From positions 1-59,856 of the forward strand of contig JYFJ02002291.1 of the NCBI GenBank assembly GCA_000934665.2: a stretch of 59,856 bases of DNA. Reading direction: 5' to 3'. The notes beneath the pieces are model-generated. The model ran no database searches. It was not told the DNA's origin and worked only from the letters and a program-made list of their open reading frames with translations. This document shows, piece after piece, positions 10,815 to 24,555 of the stretch. Origin of the DNA: Catajapyx aquilonaris. Taxonomy: Eukaryota. Within the stretch, counting starts at the first letter, position 1, and the number at the start of each line of letters is the position of its first letter. Position numbers and translations under genes: made by a program.

Positions 10815-12907
10815 ACTGGAAAAAAACCCCCGGACGGAATTGAAAACATGGAATATGGACCTAGACATTATGGATCACATATAAAAAATATGGGAAAAAA
10901 TGAAGCCTTTTTTTTCATTGAGATTATTTTTGCCAAAATGGCATAACCAGAAAACAATTTTGTTGAAAAAGTACAGTTAACGCATCATAAAGATTTTGGG
11001 ACAGCTACATTTCGCAACATAATATAACTTTAAAGTATAAATACACACAAATTATTATAAACCATATGCAAATAATGTTGGTGAAAACAGGCTGTAAACA
11101 AGTCTTATTCTCAATTCGACTTCATTTTATTCACATGGCACCTAGAGTGCTTATTTTTAAATAAATGCGATTTTTTTTGTCTGGATATAAAAATTAATTG
11201 CACAAAATTGTTTTCTGGACTGTTTTCCGAATATTTTTTTTTGCTGTTGTTGATGTTTATAAATGATGAGTATTATGGCAGTGTTGCTAAACCTGATTCT
11301 TTCACACGTTAATTATAACACTCTTTATGTGCTATACTGCATTGTAATAGAGATTTATCGTGTACTGTGACACAGTACACACGGCACAGGTATTTTTTTA
11401 TGCTTATGCAGAAAGTGTGGTGTGCAAAAACAATCACAGGATATCAGTATTCAGTTATGTATCTATCTACCTCTATATATAATTATCACATCAGTCATGT
11501 AATCAATTTAAACTTAATAATAAATGCAGTTAGAGCAGCATTAAAACTGGGTGTTGTGCTGAGGAAAGAGCTGACCTGAAGAAAAATTGAATAAATTTTA
11601 AGTGACAGGTAAAACGCTAAATACAGTGCATTAATTAAAACGTAATTTCTTATATAATCTGACAAGTGGAGTAATATTTTGTCGCAAATTCCTGAGCAGG
11701 AAGTGATGAGCTTTTTTTGGTACCGGTATATCCTTTTTTTGTGCCTCTCATGTCAGATTTCTAAGTACAGCTGTTACAATACCAATACTGCTGTCAGAAT
11801 ATCAATAGCAGCCTTGATGGGAAAAAAGTCAACATCTTGTCACACGGGCATCATATGGGCTATTCTCGAGCCTGTTCCGTTTGCCCATACGTTACAATAT
11901 GAAGGGTGTTCATGAGAGATGCAGTTCAAATAGTAGGCTACTTCCGGAACGCCACGTATAGCCTATTATATTCAGATTTGCTAAAAAAAATCACAATCGC
12001 ATTTCCACACAATATCTGGTAATAATTGTACTAGTGCATGTAACGCGCAGTTTCTATGTGGTGTATGAATAGGTGGATAACACTTCTGTTATACGAAAAA
12101 CAGCATACTGTATATATAGACGAGTTATTCCTGTGCAAAAATTAATTTGGAATATGTTCAGTGATAAAACAATAGGTATTAAATGCAATCAGACATGCAT
12201 GTAATATAGGCTATTAAGTGTAAAATTGCAAATGTACTGGTATTACTGTACAAAATAATAAAAAGGCAGATTGTTATTCCTCCTCCTCCTCTTTGTTAAT
12301 GCATGAATTGAAAATAATACTCAGCGATTCTCTATATATGTATGTATAATATAATAATATAATAACGGAGATGTGAGTGAATACTGATAAATTTGGAAAT
12401 GAGAAATGAGAATAAGCTGAGAACATTTCAGTGAATACATTTTCCAAATACAGTATTTCCAGTGTTTCAAAAAAATATTCAAATTTCAAAAAATTTCAGT
12501 AAATATTCACATCGTCGATTAATTACAACAATATTCATAAGCGCTACAGACTGTAGACCTCGGTATGAATGTTTTTCAATGTAGGCCAAATTATAAGAAA
12601 TTATAAAACCCATTTTAATCAGTAAAAAATTAATATTTCTGAAGATAACTGAGATATGCTGTATAATACGATAAAATATTGTGAATGTCGTACGAGATAC
12701 AACAAGCAAACATTCACATGTTAGTATCACTGTAGAAGATATAAAAATTATGTTGTCCTCGTGGAATGTTTTATCGCTGTATTTATCAGCTTTTGTTTGC
12801 CGATCACATTACGATACACTCTGACACTTGTCAGGCAAGTGCTTCTGTAACAAGACACTTCACAATGCATACAAAAAAAATGTAATTTATTCTAATGACA
12901 CTAACTC

Positions 12908-12975
12908 AAGGGGTCGAGGGAAAAACATGTTAACTCCACTGGCGGCTAACATGTTTTTCTTCCAAGCCCTTCAAT
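12908..12975. mobile_element. Palindromic MITE-like element, family 2
   Basis: GGGAAAAACATGTTA...TAACATGTTTTTCTTCCAAGCCCTTCAAT. Its reverse complement matches ATTGAAGGGCTCGGGAGAAAAACCTGTTAAC at ~15615; a partial copy lies at ~19391-19430. Confidence 0.65.
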
Positions 12976-13119
12976 TATAGTATGCAGCCGGTCACATATC
13001 TTTAAACAATATATTGCACTTTATTTTCTGAGCAATACAAAGAGGTACTGTACAGTACATGTGAACATGACTCTATACAGTTTATTCAGGTGTGCAACAA
13101 TGAATGTCAGCAATGATCA

Positions 13120-15259
13120 TTATTTATATGGTACATCGTCTGGCCGAGTCAGGTATACAGCCTTGATGCATTCTTCTTCGTTCTGGAATAATTCATTACA
13201 CGATTCGGGCTCGGCATCTGTACCATCTGTGTCCTCGGTACATTCAGTTTGATCCGTGACCTTTTCCTGGACGTCAACCCCCGGTATGTCATCATCGCGT
13301 GCTTCATTACTCTCAGCAACAGCACACTTATGGTGTCCGAAACGCATCTCGCACAAAAAGACCAGAGAGGACAGTAAGACACCGAGTACCAGAAGCAGGT
13401 ACGACCCGGACACATGCTGAAGACCGAACACGACTGGCTGTCCGTCTCCTTTCGAAGCTTCGTCGCTGATTGTCCACGCTTGTTCCTCTCTGTCTTTGGC
13501 TATCTCCCTCATGCTTCGGTCTATCCAAAGGCCGACGAATCCGGCTTCCAACAGCTTCTGGTGAACCCCGTTGAAAGTCTGGGTCAACAGTGACCCTCTG
13601 GGCATACCCCAGGACACTCCGGTGGTGAACGAGCTCTCAGGCGCGACTCGAATCGCGGCTCGAACGTGGTCTTTGAGCGCTATAGCCACCAGTGTCAGCT
13701 GCACGTCGATGCACGCAAACTTGGTCCTCTGCACCGCGTCTTCTATGCACGAAGACACCGAAGGGTACCGTCCGGCACGCCTGTTCAGATTGGCGTACAT
13801 GGGTATGACCGAGCTGTTCAACAACCACTCGGCCACCCCACCGGAGCTTCCGAGACCCAGACCATACTCTGACGTGTTCAGATGCTCGAAGGATACCGGT
13901 CCTTGAGGCACGATAGGCGACGAGATGCTAGCGACCAGGTTCGTGTTGTACGCGGTACGCATCAGGATCCCGAACACGAGCCACGTACCGAATATTGTTT
14001 TTGGGAACAGACGATCGGGAGCGTACACCGTATGTTCCAGAAGCGAACCGAAGATGTGGAGGACACCTAGGGTCACATGAGACGGATGCAACTTGCCAAA
14101 AAGGCTGTTTTGCATGGCCCAAGCGTAACCAGTGCAGTACAGCAACAAACTAGAATTATAAATGAAGATAATTGGTATAACTCGGGTTCACTAATATATA
14201 ATAATATGTATCTAATAAAATAATGACTTTAATAATTTAAAAAATAGCAACTAACCTGAAAAATAACCCTGTCCAAACCGTCCAGTCTAAAGTTTTGAAG
14301 ATGGACCACATGTCCACCTCAGTCTCGAGTTTCCTGAAGACGAAGGTCACGGGCACAAAATTGGTCGGAATGGTCAGCTCGATGACCTCAGCTCTGGCTG
14401 AAGTGACGCTCAGTCCACAGCTGAAGTCAGCGTGACCCTTCAGCACATCTCCCACCATACCGGTCCACGAGGTGTCGTTCCCTTCCATCGGTATGCCCAC
14501 ACTTTTGTCCTCAGGTTCGTACACCGAGGTAGTAAAGTTCAGCTTTTCTGCAGTGGCGCTCAGCAGGTACGCTTGGTATCCCCTCAGCTGTCCGTCGTCG
14601 GCTGAAACAAACACATATTTTCACTATAGGCTACCAACAATATTATTTGTAACAATTTCGTTACCATTTCTCGAGAGTCGTCCGACGATGTCTTTGCACA
14701 CGACATGCATCGTTTTTCCACGGAAGTTGGACTTGGTAGCCGGGAATATGTCATTCACGTCGTACTTTGTCACCTCTCGTGTCTCAGGTTCCTCGCAACT
14801 GATGCAGACACGCAACAACCGCACGATATCGTTACCACGAATTGAGGATTTGAATCGGACACTCCGAAGTCTACTAGAGAACAGCACGTCTATGGTGTCG
14901 TCCAGTTGTCTGAATATGAAGTAGTGGGTACCGTGTAACACCTGCATTGTCGACACGACCTGTTCGACAACACTTGAATTAGCAAAGATCACGTGCAGGA
15001 TACAGTACGACGCGTTGACTGTCGGAGAGCCAACTAATGATGTCAAGTTCCACTGTGCTTGAGGTGTAAAGTTCTGCTGCATTGTCTTCAGCCACAACTG
15101 CAAGGATGCCGGTACTGTACGGTACGGATGGGCGAAGCTGACCGTGCATGTATGGTTAACACGAGATAACAATCGCACAACAGCATCATTCCTATTTTGT
15201 GACATTACAATCCAACATGAAGCAGGTGCAATCAGCAGGTACACACCTAACAAGTTCAT
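13120..15259 (-). CDS. Divergent ionotropic receptor (variant iGluR chemoreceptor), 3 exons, 656 aa
   Basis: Exons 15259-14665, 14601-14256 and 14149-13120 total 1971 nt and join in frame. Signal peptide MNLLGVYLLIAPASC; S1 WTGMVGDVLKGHADF and VTSARAEVI; transmembrane segment WLVFGILMRTAYNTNLVAS; S2 QKLLEAGFVGLW; final TM LQHVSGSYLLLVLGVLLSSLVFLCE. Confidence 0.92.
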
Positions 15260-15613
15260 GGTGCGAACCTGACTGTCTTGAAGAAGTGCTGGGCAGTTCA
15301 CGCCCTTCTGGTCATCGATTGTCCATTTATTCTGGGAGGAGTATTCTACCGCCACAGACAGCACCGAAAGGGCGGCACGTTATTTCATTACATCGATTGC
15401 GGTAAGAGGATCAATCCCTTGGGTCTACAAATGAAAGCATGAAAGCCGCCACTTATTATTCAAGCAACACGGACGACACCTTCAGCAAATGAGGAACAGT
15501 GTATGAGACCAAGGAAAAACAAACAAAAGTATCACGGAGCTGACACATGTCAATTGCAGTGATGAAGAGACACTTACAACGAAGCAACTGAAAATAATTA
15601 TAATCAAGAACGA

Positions 15614-15660
15614 TATTGAAGGGCTCGGGAGAAAAACCTGTTAACATGTTTTCTCCCAAA
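15614..15660. mobile_element. MITE-like family 2 copy at the left edge of the aGPCR A0/A duplication
   Basis: Palindrome GGGAGAAAAACCTG-TTAA-CATGTTTTCTCCC; matches 12945-12975 in reverse complement. Confidence 0.6.
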
Positions 15661-15887
15661 CTGCAATTTTTATTACTATTGCAGTTCGAGTTTGGCACAC
15701 TAAACATTATCTTTTGGAGTTTACCTCACAGGCCGCTTTGTAACCTTCAGGATATTGCCATTTGAATCGCACAGATAAGATAAGATATCGCTTCCCCTTT
15801 TTTTGTTTTGTCACTTATAAGATGATTCAAGAGTAATTTGCCAGTAGTTGCTTGGCAAGTGGATTCTGGATGCAGGGAAAAACAACG

Positions 15888-18350
15888 ATGCAGTTTGTAT
15901 TTATTGCATCATTGATCATACTTCTTGCACATCGAAGTTTACAAAGTGAGCGAATTACTTATTGCTGTATAATGTTGTTGGTGCTTTTATTTCAGTAGCC
16001 ATTATTGAATCAATTATATAGAGTGAAACCTCGATCTATCGTATCCTGATATATCATTTTTACAAGATGAATGTGGAGAACATGCCATATTTTGTTTCAA
16101 TATGAATATTTGAACAGTGCATTAGATATCTTAATACTGTATAACTAAATTATTATTTTTAGCATGAGCTATATATGTGTCTACCCAGTGTTATTTGGAA
16201 CACACGAATGCACCAGAATAATGCGGCATAAATCACATATAACATATAGTCCATGGATTCAGCTTAATGTAGTGTATACCACAGGGTCGTGTATTGCACG
16301 ACAATCCTTCAGCTCAAGTCATGAATTGTTTACCACAGCAACCAATAGAGAAGCAACAATCACGACAGGTCTATAGTGCTACTGTTGTAGCTTCCATTTG
16401 TGCTGGTTGCTGGGAGAAACAATGCATACTTCTTTCCTTGAACTCGGGACATTCTCAGTACTGTACAGTACAACACCCTGTGAAATGGTTGCTAGCTGAG
16501 CAGTAAAGGCATGTTGTAAAATTGATAGCACGAAGACTATACCCACACCTGCTAAAACAACAAGGAACTGTCTGAGACGCACAATACCATTAATACGTAT
16601 ACCGTTTATGAATCTTTATTTTTAGACGAGGTCTGCGTCGTATCGGCAGAAGATGTCATGTCGTATGTAAATATGCAGGATCAATGTGACAGGTATATTG
16701 TCAAGGCGGCCTCCATCAAATGTGCCAAAGGTACCGTAATNCCCCTGGTGGGTGGGGCCCTTAGAAGGAGCCCTCCACTCCTTCCCTCTTTTTCCCCTGC
16801 CCACCCTTCACACACACTGTTGGCCTTTCCGATATACTTGTACTCCAGCCCCTTTTGGGGACAGTTGAGAATAAACACCTGTGTGATTCGAACCCACTGT
16901 GTATCATTTGAGTAGCCTGGGCGACGACGGTGCCTTAACCGTTACAATATTATTATTATGTCTTATTATATTTATTATCTTTTATTACACATAATATATA
17001 AAATAATTTATATCGTCTTCAAGTGCTGACTACATCGGAGTACAGAATAGTTGGAGGTTGTTCCCAATACATATTCGACATATCACTGAGCAACGACAGG
17101 AACATTACAGATTTACTTTATAACAAGATGTAAGTTGTGTTATGAGCAACATTATACATTTCAATGCAACCTGCCCTAATTCGGATGATTTAAACTTTCA
17201 GATTTGTAAACTGCACAAAATTGGCGGATGAACTGATGACAAAATTACAAGAGTTTGAAAAACCTTGCGGCAACGCATCTGTACTGCAAGTTGAACTGGG
17301 ATTTAAAACGGAGCTTACGGAGTCGACAGGACCAGTTTTTACTGAAAATATTACCAAGTATTATTGTTATCATACTTTAAGCCGAGATGTGATGCAGAAA
17401 TTACAATTGTTGACTAATTACAGCTGCATCGTAATAACTAGTAGAGACTCAACAAGTCAACGGAGAGTGCCCACGGAACTAGAATTACCCAGGAAGATGC
17501 ATGTGACGAATGCAACATTGGCCTGCTTAGATGATGGTAATAAAATAGCAGTGCAGATATACAGGGTGTATTATGAACCTGTTAAATTCTGCTTCTGATT
17601 TTTCTTCAGCCGAAAAAGCTGAAGATTATGGCTGGAAGTCAGGATCGTGCGTGAACTCATCCGTTACACTAATGCCAACTAATGTTGGACAAGCTTATGA
17701 CATTACAACATACATACGATACAGGTTAGTATAGAACTGTGTTATAGTGATTATGATTATGATTATGATGCATTTTGTGCAGTTGTCAAGGGATGGGATG
17801 GTGCTATTTGTACAACGACATATTCAAAGAAATATCTCGCTGCAATGAGAACACGCTGGCTATGATAAGAGTCGAATACTCGCTTGAAGAGGGACTGAAT
17901 TATTGCTTACCCAATAATTCAATATATTACGGAGAATTCCCTAATTCGTACGGATGCCTGTACCACTTGACAGATCAATTGCAGGGGACAGCGTCGAGAA
18001 AAAAGTGCATTGATCTCGGTGGAGACATTCCATATTACTACGACAAAACGGTCATACTACTTAAGAAATATTTGCCAAATGATACGGTCAGCACTTGGGT
18101 AAAAGGTTACGGGATGAGTCTCCGCTCGCCCACAAATAATCCCACACTGAACATCACCAAAAATATGGCCCTTGACTGGTCCAAATCTGACAACATCACA
18201 ATTCAACCAGACGGAACTGCAATGAGCACAATTTGCGTCCTGCCCACTTATCGCAAAGACGATTACCCGACCACAACCACAGCAACAACACCAGTCTCTA
18301 CTACTAGTAGTGTACCAACGACAACAACAACAACCAGCAAACCAGGTTAA
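15888..18350 (+). CDS. aGPCR copy A0: 3'-truncated duplicate, open frame of 406 aa (signal, 2 SUEL-like domains, CTLD, short Thr stalk); secreted lectin or young pseudogene
   Basis: Seven exons homologous to gene A, all in frame. An in-frame TAA (18348-18350) falls directly after the stalk (TTSKPG*), with no GAIN or 7TM downstream. The CTLD Trp is changed to Gly (LQGTASR vs LQWTASR). Confidence 0.6.
16741..16945 (-). mobile_element. Partial tRNA-derived SINE (second family) in intron 2 of A0
   Basis: Absent from the paralogous intron of gene A. Minus strand reads AACGGTTAAGGCA...GTGGGTTCGAATC (B box 16885-16894). Begins at an assembly N (16741). Confidence 0.65.
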
Positions 18351-19678
18351 AAGAAGTGTCCTCAAAGAGAAAACCTTGGAGTGACCTGGGGTCAGTCTTC
18401 GCCAGGAATTGTTGCAAGGCCATGAAAAAAATTACAACCTTTATTTTCATCGCCTCACACTTTTGCCCGAAAGATATTCTGTGGCTGTCAATTATTATAT
18501 TGTAGTTTTATAACCACAATTTGCATTGCATTGACGTTTATTGAAAGTTGAAGTTCCATTTGAAAATGCTAGAAAATGTAATAGTGGTAAGCCATATTGA
18601 AAATCTTTGTTATAATTATATCTGTTGTCTCACATGATGAATAAATATATTCCTTCTGCTCAGTCAATGTGGATATTGTTATTTCAATTGCATTGTTACC
18701 TGGGTATATGTGTGCTTGCAGAAACATTTATTTTATAATGCTTAAATTGATTTGTTCACATGATTTATTTATGCATATTAAGCTCTGGATATAAAAATTA
18801 AGCACCTTACAGTCTTCCACTAAGAACAATCTGCAATGTCTTTGTACCACAATTTTTATTGCATTGATCTTCATTGAAAGTAGTGATTTATTATGTGTAT
18901 CTGGAATTATATTGCGGACATAATTATGTAAGTGAAGGGACGAGGGAAAGAGAAAATTACCTTGGATTTTATATTCATATGATTAAGCCATCTAATGTAG
19001 ATGCACACAGCTGTCCAGCATGAAAGATCATGAAGATATGCTGTACAAATAAAGAAGTATAATATCCAGCAAGATGTGATATTATATGCCAATGTTTTGT
19101 GGATAATTTCTCTGGGGCGATTTGGACACAAATCGCTCAGTGGGTAAATCATATGGGTAGAATTGGGTGAGTGGACAGCGTTTGTCTCAGGGGCAAGCAA
19201 ATCTACATCGTCGTCTACGTCGTCTACTGTTGGTCCCTCCACATTTCCCCCACCTACATTTTAAACTTGGTTTGGGCCAAGGGATACGCTGAAGGCGACA
19301 TGCTGGACTATAGTAACATACACCCTATTTTCACTACCAGTACTATTAAAAATAGCAGTGATCAACATTGGGATTTTTAACAACAACAATATACCGCCAG
19401 GCCTGTGGCGGTTAACATGTTTTCTCTCAAACTGCAATATTACTATTGCAGTTCGAGTTTGGCACACTAAACATTATCTTTTGGAGTTTACCTCACAGCC
19501 GCTTCATGTAACCTTCAGGATGTTGCCTTTTGAATCGCACAGATAAGATAAGATATCGCTTCCTCCCTTTTTTTGTTTTGTCACTTATAAGATGATTCAA
19601 GAGTAATTTGCCAGTTGGCTCCCATCTGCTTGGCAGGCTCTTGGTTCAAGCGGCTTCTGGATGCAGGGATAAACAACG

Positions 19679-22600
19679 ATGCAGTTTGTATTTATTGCAT
19701 CATTGTTCATACTGCTTTCACAACGAAGTTTACAAGGTGAGCGAATTATTTATTACTGTATAATGGTGTAACATATTGTTCATGGATTCAGCTTATGTAC
19801 TGTATACCACAGGGTCGTGTATTGCCCAACAATCCTTCAGCTCATGTCATGAATTGTTTACCACAGCAACCAATAAAGAAGCAACAATCTCGATAGGTCT
19901 ATGGTGCTCCGAGTAGCTTCTATTTGTACTGGTTGCTGGGATAAACAATGCATTACGTTCCTTGAACTCGGGACTTTCTCAGTACTGTACAGTACAACAC
20001 CCTGCACCCTGTGAAATGGTTGCTAGCTGAGCAGTAAAGGCATGTTGTAAAATTGATAGCACGAAGACTATACCCACACCTGCTAAAACAACAAGGAACT
20101 GTCTGAGACGCACAATACCATTAATACGTATACCGTTTATGAATCTTTATTTTTAGACGAGGTCTGCGTCGTATCGGCAGAAGATGTCATGTCGTATGTA
20201 AATATGCAGGATCAATGTGACAGGTATATTGTCAAGGCGGCCTCCATCGAATGTGCCAAAGGTACCGTAATTATTTCATCCATATCACATTATTAGCCCA
20301 AGTATGGATTGCTAAATATTATTTATTATGTCTTATTACATTTATTATCTTTTACAACACATAATATTTAAAATAATTTATATCGTCTTCAAGTGCTGAC
20401 TACATCAAGGTACAGAATAGTTGGTGGTTGTTCCCAATACATATTCGGCATATCACTGAGCAACGACAGGAACATTACAGATTTACTCTATAATAAGATG
20501 TAAGTTGTGTTATGAACAACATTATACATTTAAATGCAACCTGCCCTAATTCGGATGATTTAAACTTTCAGATTTGTAAACTGCACAAAATTGGCGGATG
20601 AACTGATGACAAAATTACAAGAGTTTGAAAAACCTTGCGGCAACGCATCTGTATTGCAAGTTGAACTGGGATTTAAAACGGAGCTTACGGAGTCGCCAGG
20701 ACCAGTTTTTACTGCAGATATTACCAAGTATAATTTTTATCATACTTTAATCTGAAATGTGAAGCAGAAATTACAATTGTTGACTAATTACAGCTGCTGC
20801 ATCGTAATAACTAGTAGAGACTCAACAAGTCAACGGAGAGTGCCCACGGAACTAGAATTACCCAGGAAGATGCATGTGACGAATGCAACATTGGCCTGCT
20901 TAGATGATGGTAATAAAATAGCAGTGCAGATATACAGGGTGTATTATGAACCTGTTAAATTCTGCTTCTGATTTTTCTTCAGCCGAAAAAGCTGAAGATT
21001 ATGGCTGGAAGTCAGGATCGTGCGTGAACTCATCCGTTACACTAATGCCAACTAATGTTGGACAAGCTTATGACATTACACCATACATACGATACAGGTT
21101 AGTATAGAACTGTGTTATAGTGATTATGATTATGATTATGATGCATTTTGTGCAGTTGTCAAGGGATGGGATGGTGCTATTTGTACAACGACATATTCAA
21201 AGAAATATCTCGCTGCAATGAGAACACGCTGGCTATGATAAGAGTCGAATACTCGCTTGAAGAGGGACTGAATTATTGCTTACCCAATAATTCAATATAT
21301 TACGGAGAAGTCCCTAATTCGTACGGATGCCTGTACCACTTGACAGATCAATTGCAGTGGACAGCGTCGAGAAAAAAGTGCATTGATCTCGGTGGAGACA
21401 TTCCATATTACTACGACAAAACGGTCATACTACTTAAGAAATATTTGCCAAATGATACGGTCAGCACTTGGGTAAAAGGTTACGGGATGAGTCTCCGCTC
21501 GCCCACAAATAATCCCACACTGAACATCACCAAAAATATGGCCCTTGACTGGTCCAAATCTGACAACATCACAATTCAACCAGACGGAACTGCAATGAGC
21601 ACAATTTGCGTCCTGCCCACTTATCGCAAAGACGATTACCCGACCACAACCACAGCAACAACACCAGTCTCTACCACTAGTAGTGTACCAACGACAACAA
21701 CAACGACAACAACAACCAGCAAGCCAGGTAAAAAGTGTCCTCAACGAGAAATCCTTGGAGTGACCTGGGGTCAGTCTTCGCCAGGAGTTGTTGCAAGGCC
21801 ATGCCCTGGAAACGGTCAAGGAAATGCAAAATGGACATGCGGAAGTGACGGACAATGGAAAACAACATATCCGGACATGAGGTAAGCAATTTTCCATTGG
21901 ACAATGGACATACACACTTTTTTTAAAAATGCAGTTGAACAAACTAACAAAATCGCATTTGAAGTCTTGAAATCCTGAACAATCAATGGACGACAAATGG
22001 TCGTTTTTTCATAATTAAAACAAACCATATACACTTTTCCTGTCTTGTTGCAGCGAGTGCAGCTCCTTTGAGCCAGAATGGAACAATGCACTGAGTTTGT
22101 TGAATGCAAACAAACTTGCATCTCACGTGATGCTAAACTTGTCTGAAGTCATAGTGAGAAACGAGAGCAGCTTCCAAGCAGGAGACATCAACAAGGCAAT
22201 ACAAGTGCTGAACAAATCAATAAGTGTTCAACAGAAGCAGTACGAAGATTGCTTACACACAAAAGACCACGAGTAAGATTATAACCGACGAATATTACAA
22301 TAATAATACACTGTAAAAATATGTATTGTGAGCCACATTTTTCTTTACAAGACAATGCAAGGATATGGCAGAAATGTTCATGCAGTCTGCTTTGAACATA
22401 AGTGGGGCTTCTCTGGAAGAACCTTTGTCGTGGAAGACAAATCCGGAAATCAACAGGAAAGGGTCTGAATATTTTGATGTCATAGACAGGATTGGGTTTC
22501 AAGCCTTGACGTCCGTGACAATCCAGAACTATTCTATGAACAACATATGTAAAGCATTTATTTAAAATAATTATTAATACCTGAAATGCAGAAAAAATTA

Positions 22601-24555
22601 TTATTGACCATTTCTGCATTTCAAGTTTTTCAAAAATGGTTGAGTTTTATCCACATTTTGACAACATTTTCTTGTCAGATTTTTCGCCGAACATGGTGCT
22701 CGAAAAAGACGTCGATAACCAAACCTTGCGATACAATTTCCCAACCGGATCTCAAATTTACTTGCCGGATGAAGCAATTGCTCAAGGAACTGTGAATAAC
22801 ACATGGAGAGGAATTTATCTGACTTTTTACAACATGCACGAAATTCTAGGAAACAACTTGCAACTGTAAGTTTTTATAATGGCATTCAAAATTAAATATG
22901 TAAATTTGCGTAATTTGCAGAAATATTGGGGATGAGAAGAACTTGAGCAACATTGTGGTGAGCGTTCCTGTAGGAACATCGCTTGGAGAATATGCGAGGA
23001 ACATAAGTTTCAGCAACGGAACAGTGAGGTTGAGGGTCAAGCACGAGGTCAGCTTGAATAATTACAAGTTAATTAATCGACGGTGTGTGTATTGGGACAC
23101 GACAGAGGACGAATGGAGGACTGAAGGTTGCGAAACATTTTCTGTCGAAGGAGACATCACAGATTGCGAATGTAGTCATCTGACCAACATGGCAGTACTT
23201 ATGGATTACGATGGGGTCATACACAATGGGGGTCAGGTAAAATGGTCATCAGTTGTTATCCTATATGTTCACATACTTGATACATTTTTGTTTCAGTTTG
23301 AAGCGGCCATATCAGCCATCACGATAGTCGGTTGTTCCTTGTCCATCATCTGCCTGATCATTGCACTGATCATATTTTATGCAGTGAGATCACTCGGAGG
23401 TCTTCGCATGGTCATACATGTCAATCTGTGCTTCACATTGCTTGTGGCTCAGATGACCATGGTTGTTGGTCTGGACTCCACGGCTAACGAAGCAGGATGC
23501 AAAGTCGCAGCTCTTTTCATGCACTATTTCTTCCTATCCACATTCTGCTGGATGCTGATCGAAGGATTTCAGCTGTACCTCATGATCATTGTGGTATATT
23601 CAGAATGTTCAAACATTTTGGCAAAAGTTACACACAATTATGATTTTTTTTGCAGGTTTTTGACACCGTTGCTCTGAAGATGTGGCAGATATTTTTGGCA
23701 GGATATGGTTTTCCGCTTCTTATTATTGTGATATCAACATCTAGCTGCTGGAAAGGTTACGGAACAAAGCAGTAGTAAGTGTCTGAAAATGCAAGTAAAA
23801 TATTATGTGCTATGTGTGAATCAGTGTTATTTAAAAAAAATGTCTATTTCAGTTGCTGGTTAAGCCATGAAAACGGGCTGATCTGGGCATTTCTGGCTCC
23901 GGTTCTGATCGTTATTATGGTAAAGACTTCTTGACATTACATGTTTGAATTTTTGTCGATAATTTTTGTGACTTCAGATCAATTTGGGGATATTGGCGGT
24001 GACACTTCGAAAAGCCAGAAAGGCCATGCAAAGGTCTGAGGGTAGAAACATGCCAAACAAAACACCAGTGGTTTGGCTAAAAGGACTGACATCATTGGCT
24101 GTGCTTTTGGGAATCACTTGGCTCTTCGGATTTTTCCTCTTCTCACAAGGTTAGACTCTTCAATCAAAAACATTGAGAATGTTTGAAACGTATGATCCTC
24201 CTTATCTTTTCAGAACCTCCAGGAGTGGTGAAAGGACTGGAAGTGATATTTGCAATCCTGAATTCATTGCAAGGAGTGTTTATTTTCGTGTTTCATTGCA
24301 TAATGCAAGCTGATATCAGGAGGGCGTTCAAGAGGAGGATGTTGAATCAGTTCCCTTGGTTATCTGAGGTGTGTAAATACCTATATCGCAAATATAGATG
24401 ACAACAAAATCAAAAAATAATTATGAGATTCCGGGATGGGTATATTAATGAGCATTTAAGTTTATCTCTCAAAATATCTACAACTTCCATACTTTAACAC
24501 ATTTTCATTGCAGGTGACCAGTTCCATACGAGATATAACACAATCTAAAACATGA
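19679..24555 (+). CDS. Latrophilin/Cirl-like adhesion GPCR A (17 coding exons): SUEL-like x2, CTLD, Thr stalk, HRM, GAIN/GPS, 7TM, short tail
   Basis: Signal exon 19679-19736 MQFVFIASLFILLSQRSLQ; DITPYIRYSCQGMGWC...IRVEYSL (SUEL-like); WTASRKKCIDLGGDIP (CTLD); CPQREILGVTWGQSSPG...CP...AKWTC...W...PDMSEC (HRM); CVYWD...WRTEGC...CECSHLTNMAVLM (GPS); LFMHYFFLSTFCWMLIEG, LLGITWLFG and NSLQGVFIFVFHC (secretin-type 7TM). All exons splice in frame to TGA 24553-24555. Confidence 0.93.

Larger units (their letters stand above)
15641..18422 (+). repeat. Segmental tandem duplication of 19411-21803
   Basis: Colinear promoter, exons 1-7 and introns. Similarity stops abruptly after GTTGCAAGGCCATG. Confidence 0.93.

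Noticed and set aside
12240..12740. AT-rich stretch with loose internal repeats and two hydrophobic ORFs
   Set aside because: No definable unit, termini or protein motif; probably old non-autonomous transposon sequence.
14237..15364. IR apparently broken into three ORFs (pseudogene?)
   Set aside because: Canonical introns 14602-14664 and 14150-14255 restore one 656-aa frame.
16379..16582. Minus-strand ORF with ILQHAFTAQLAT, resembling the iGluR SYTANLAAF motif (also at ~20010-20113)
   Set aside because: It lies in aGPCR intron 1, no other IR motifs flank it, and the frame is not conserved between the two copies. Likely chance or an unrecognisable relic.
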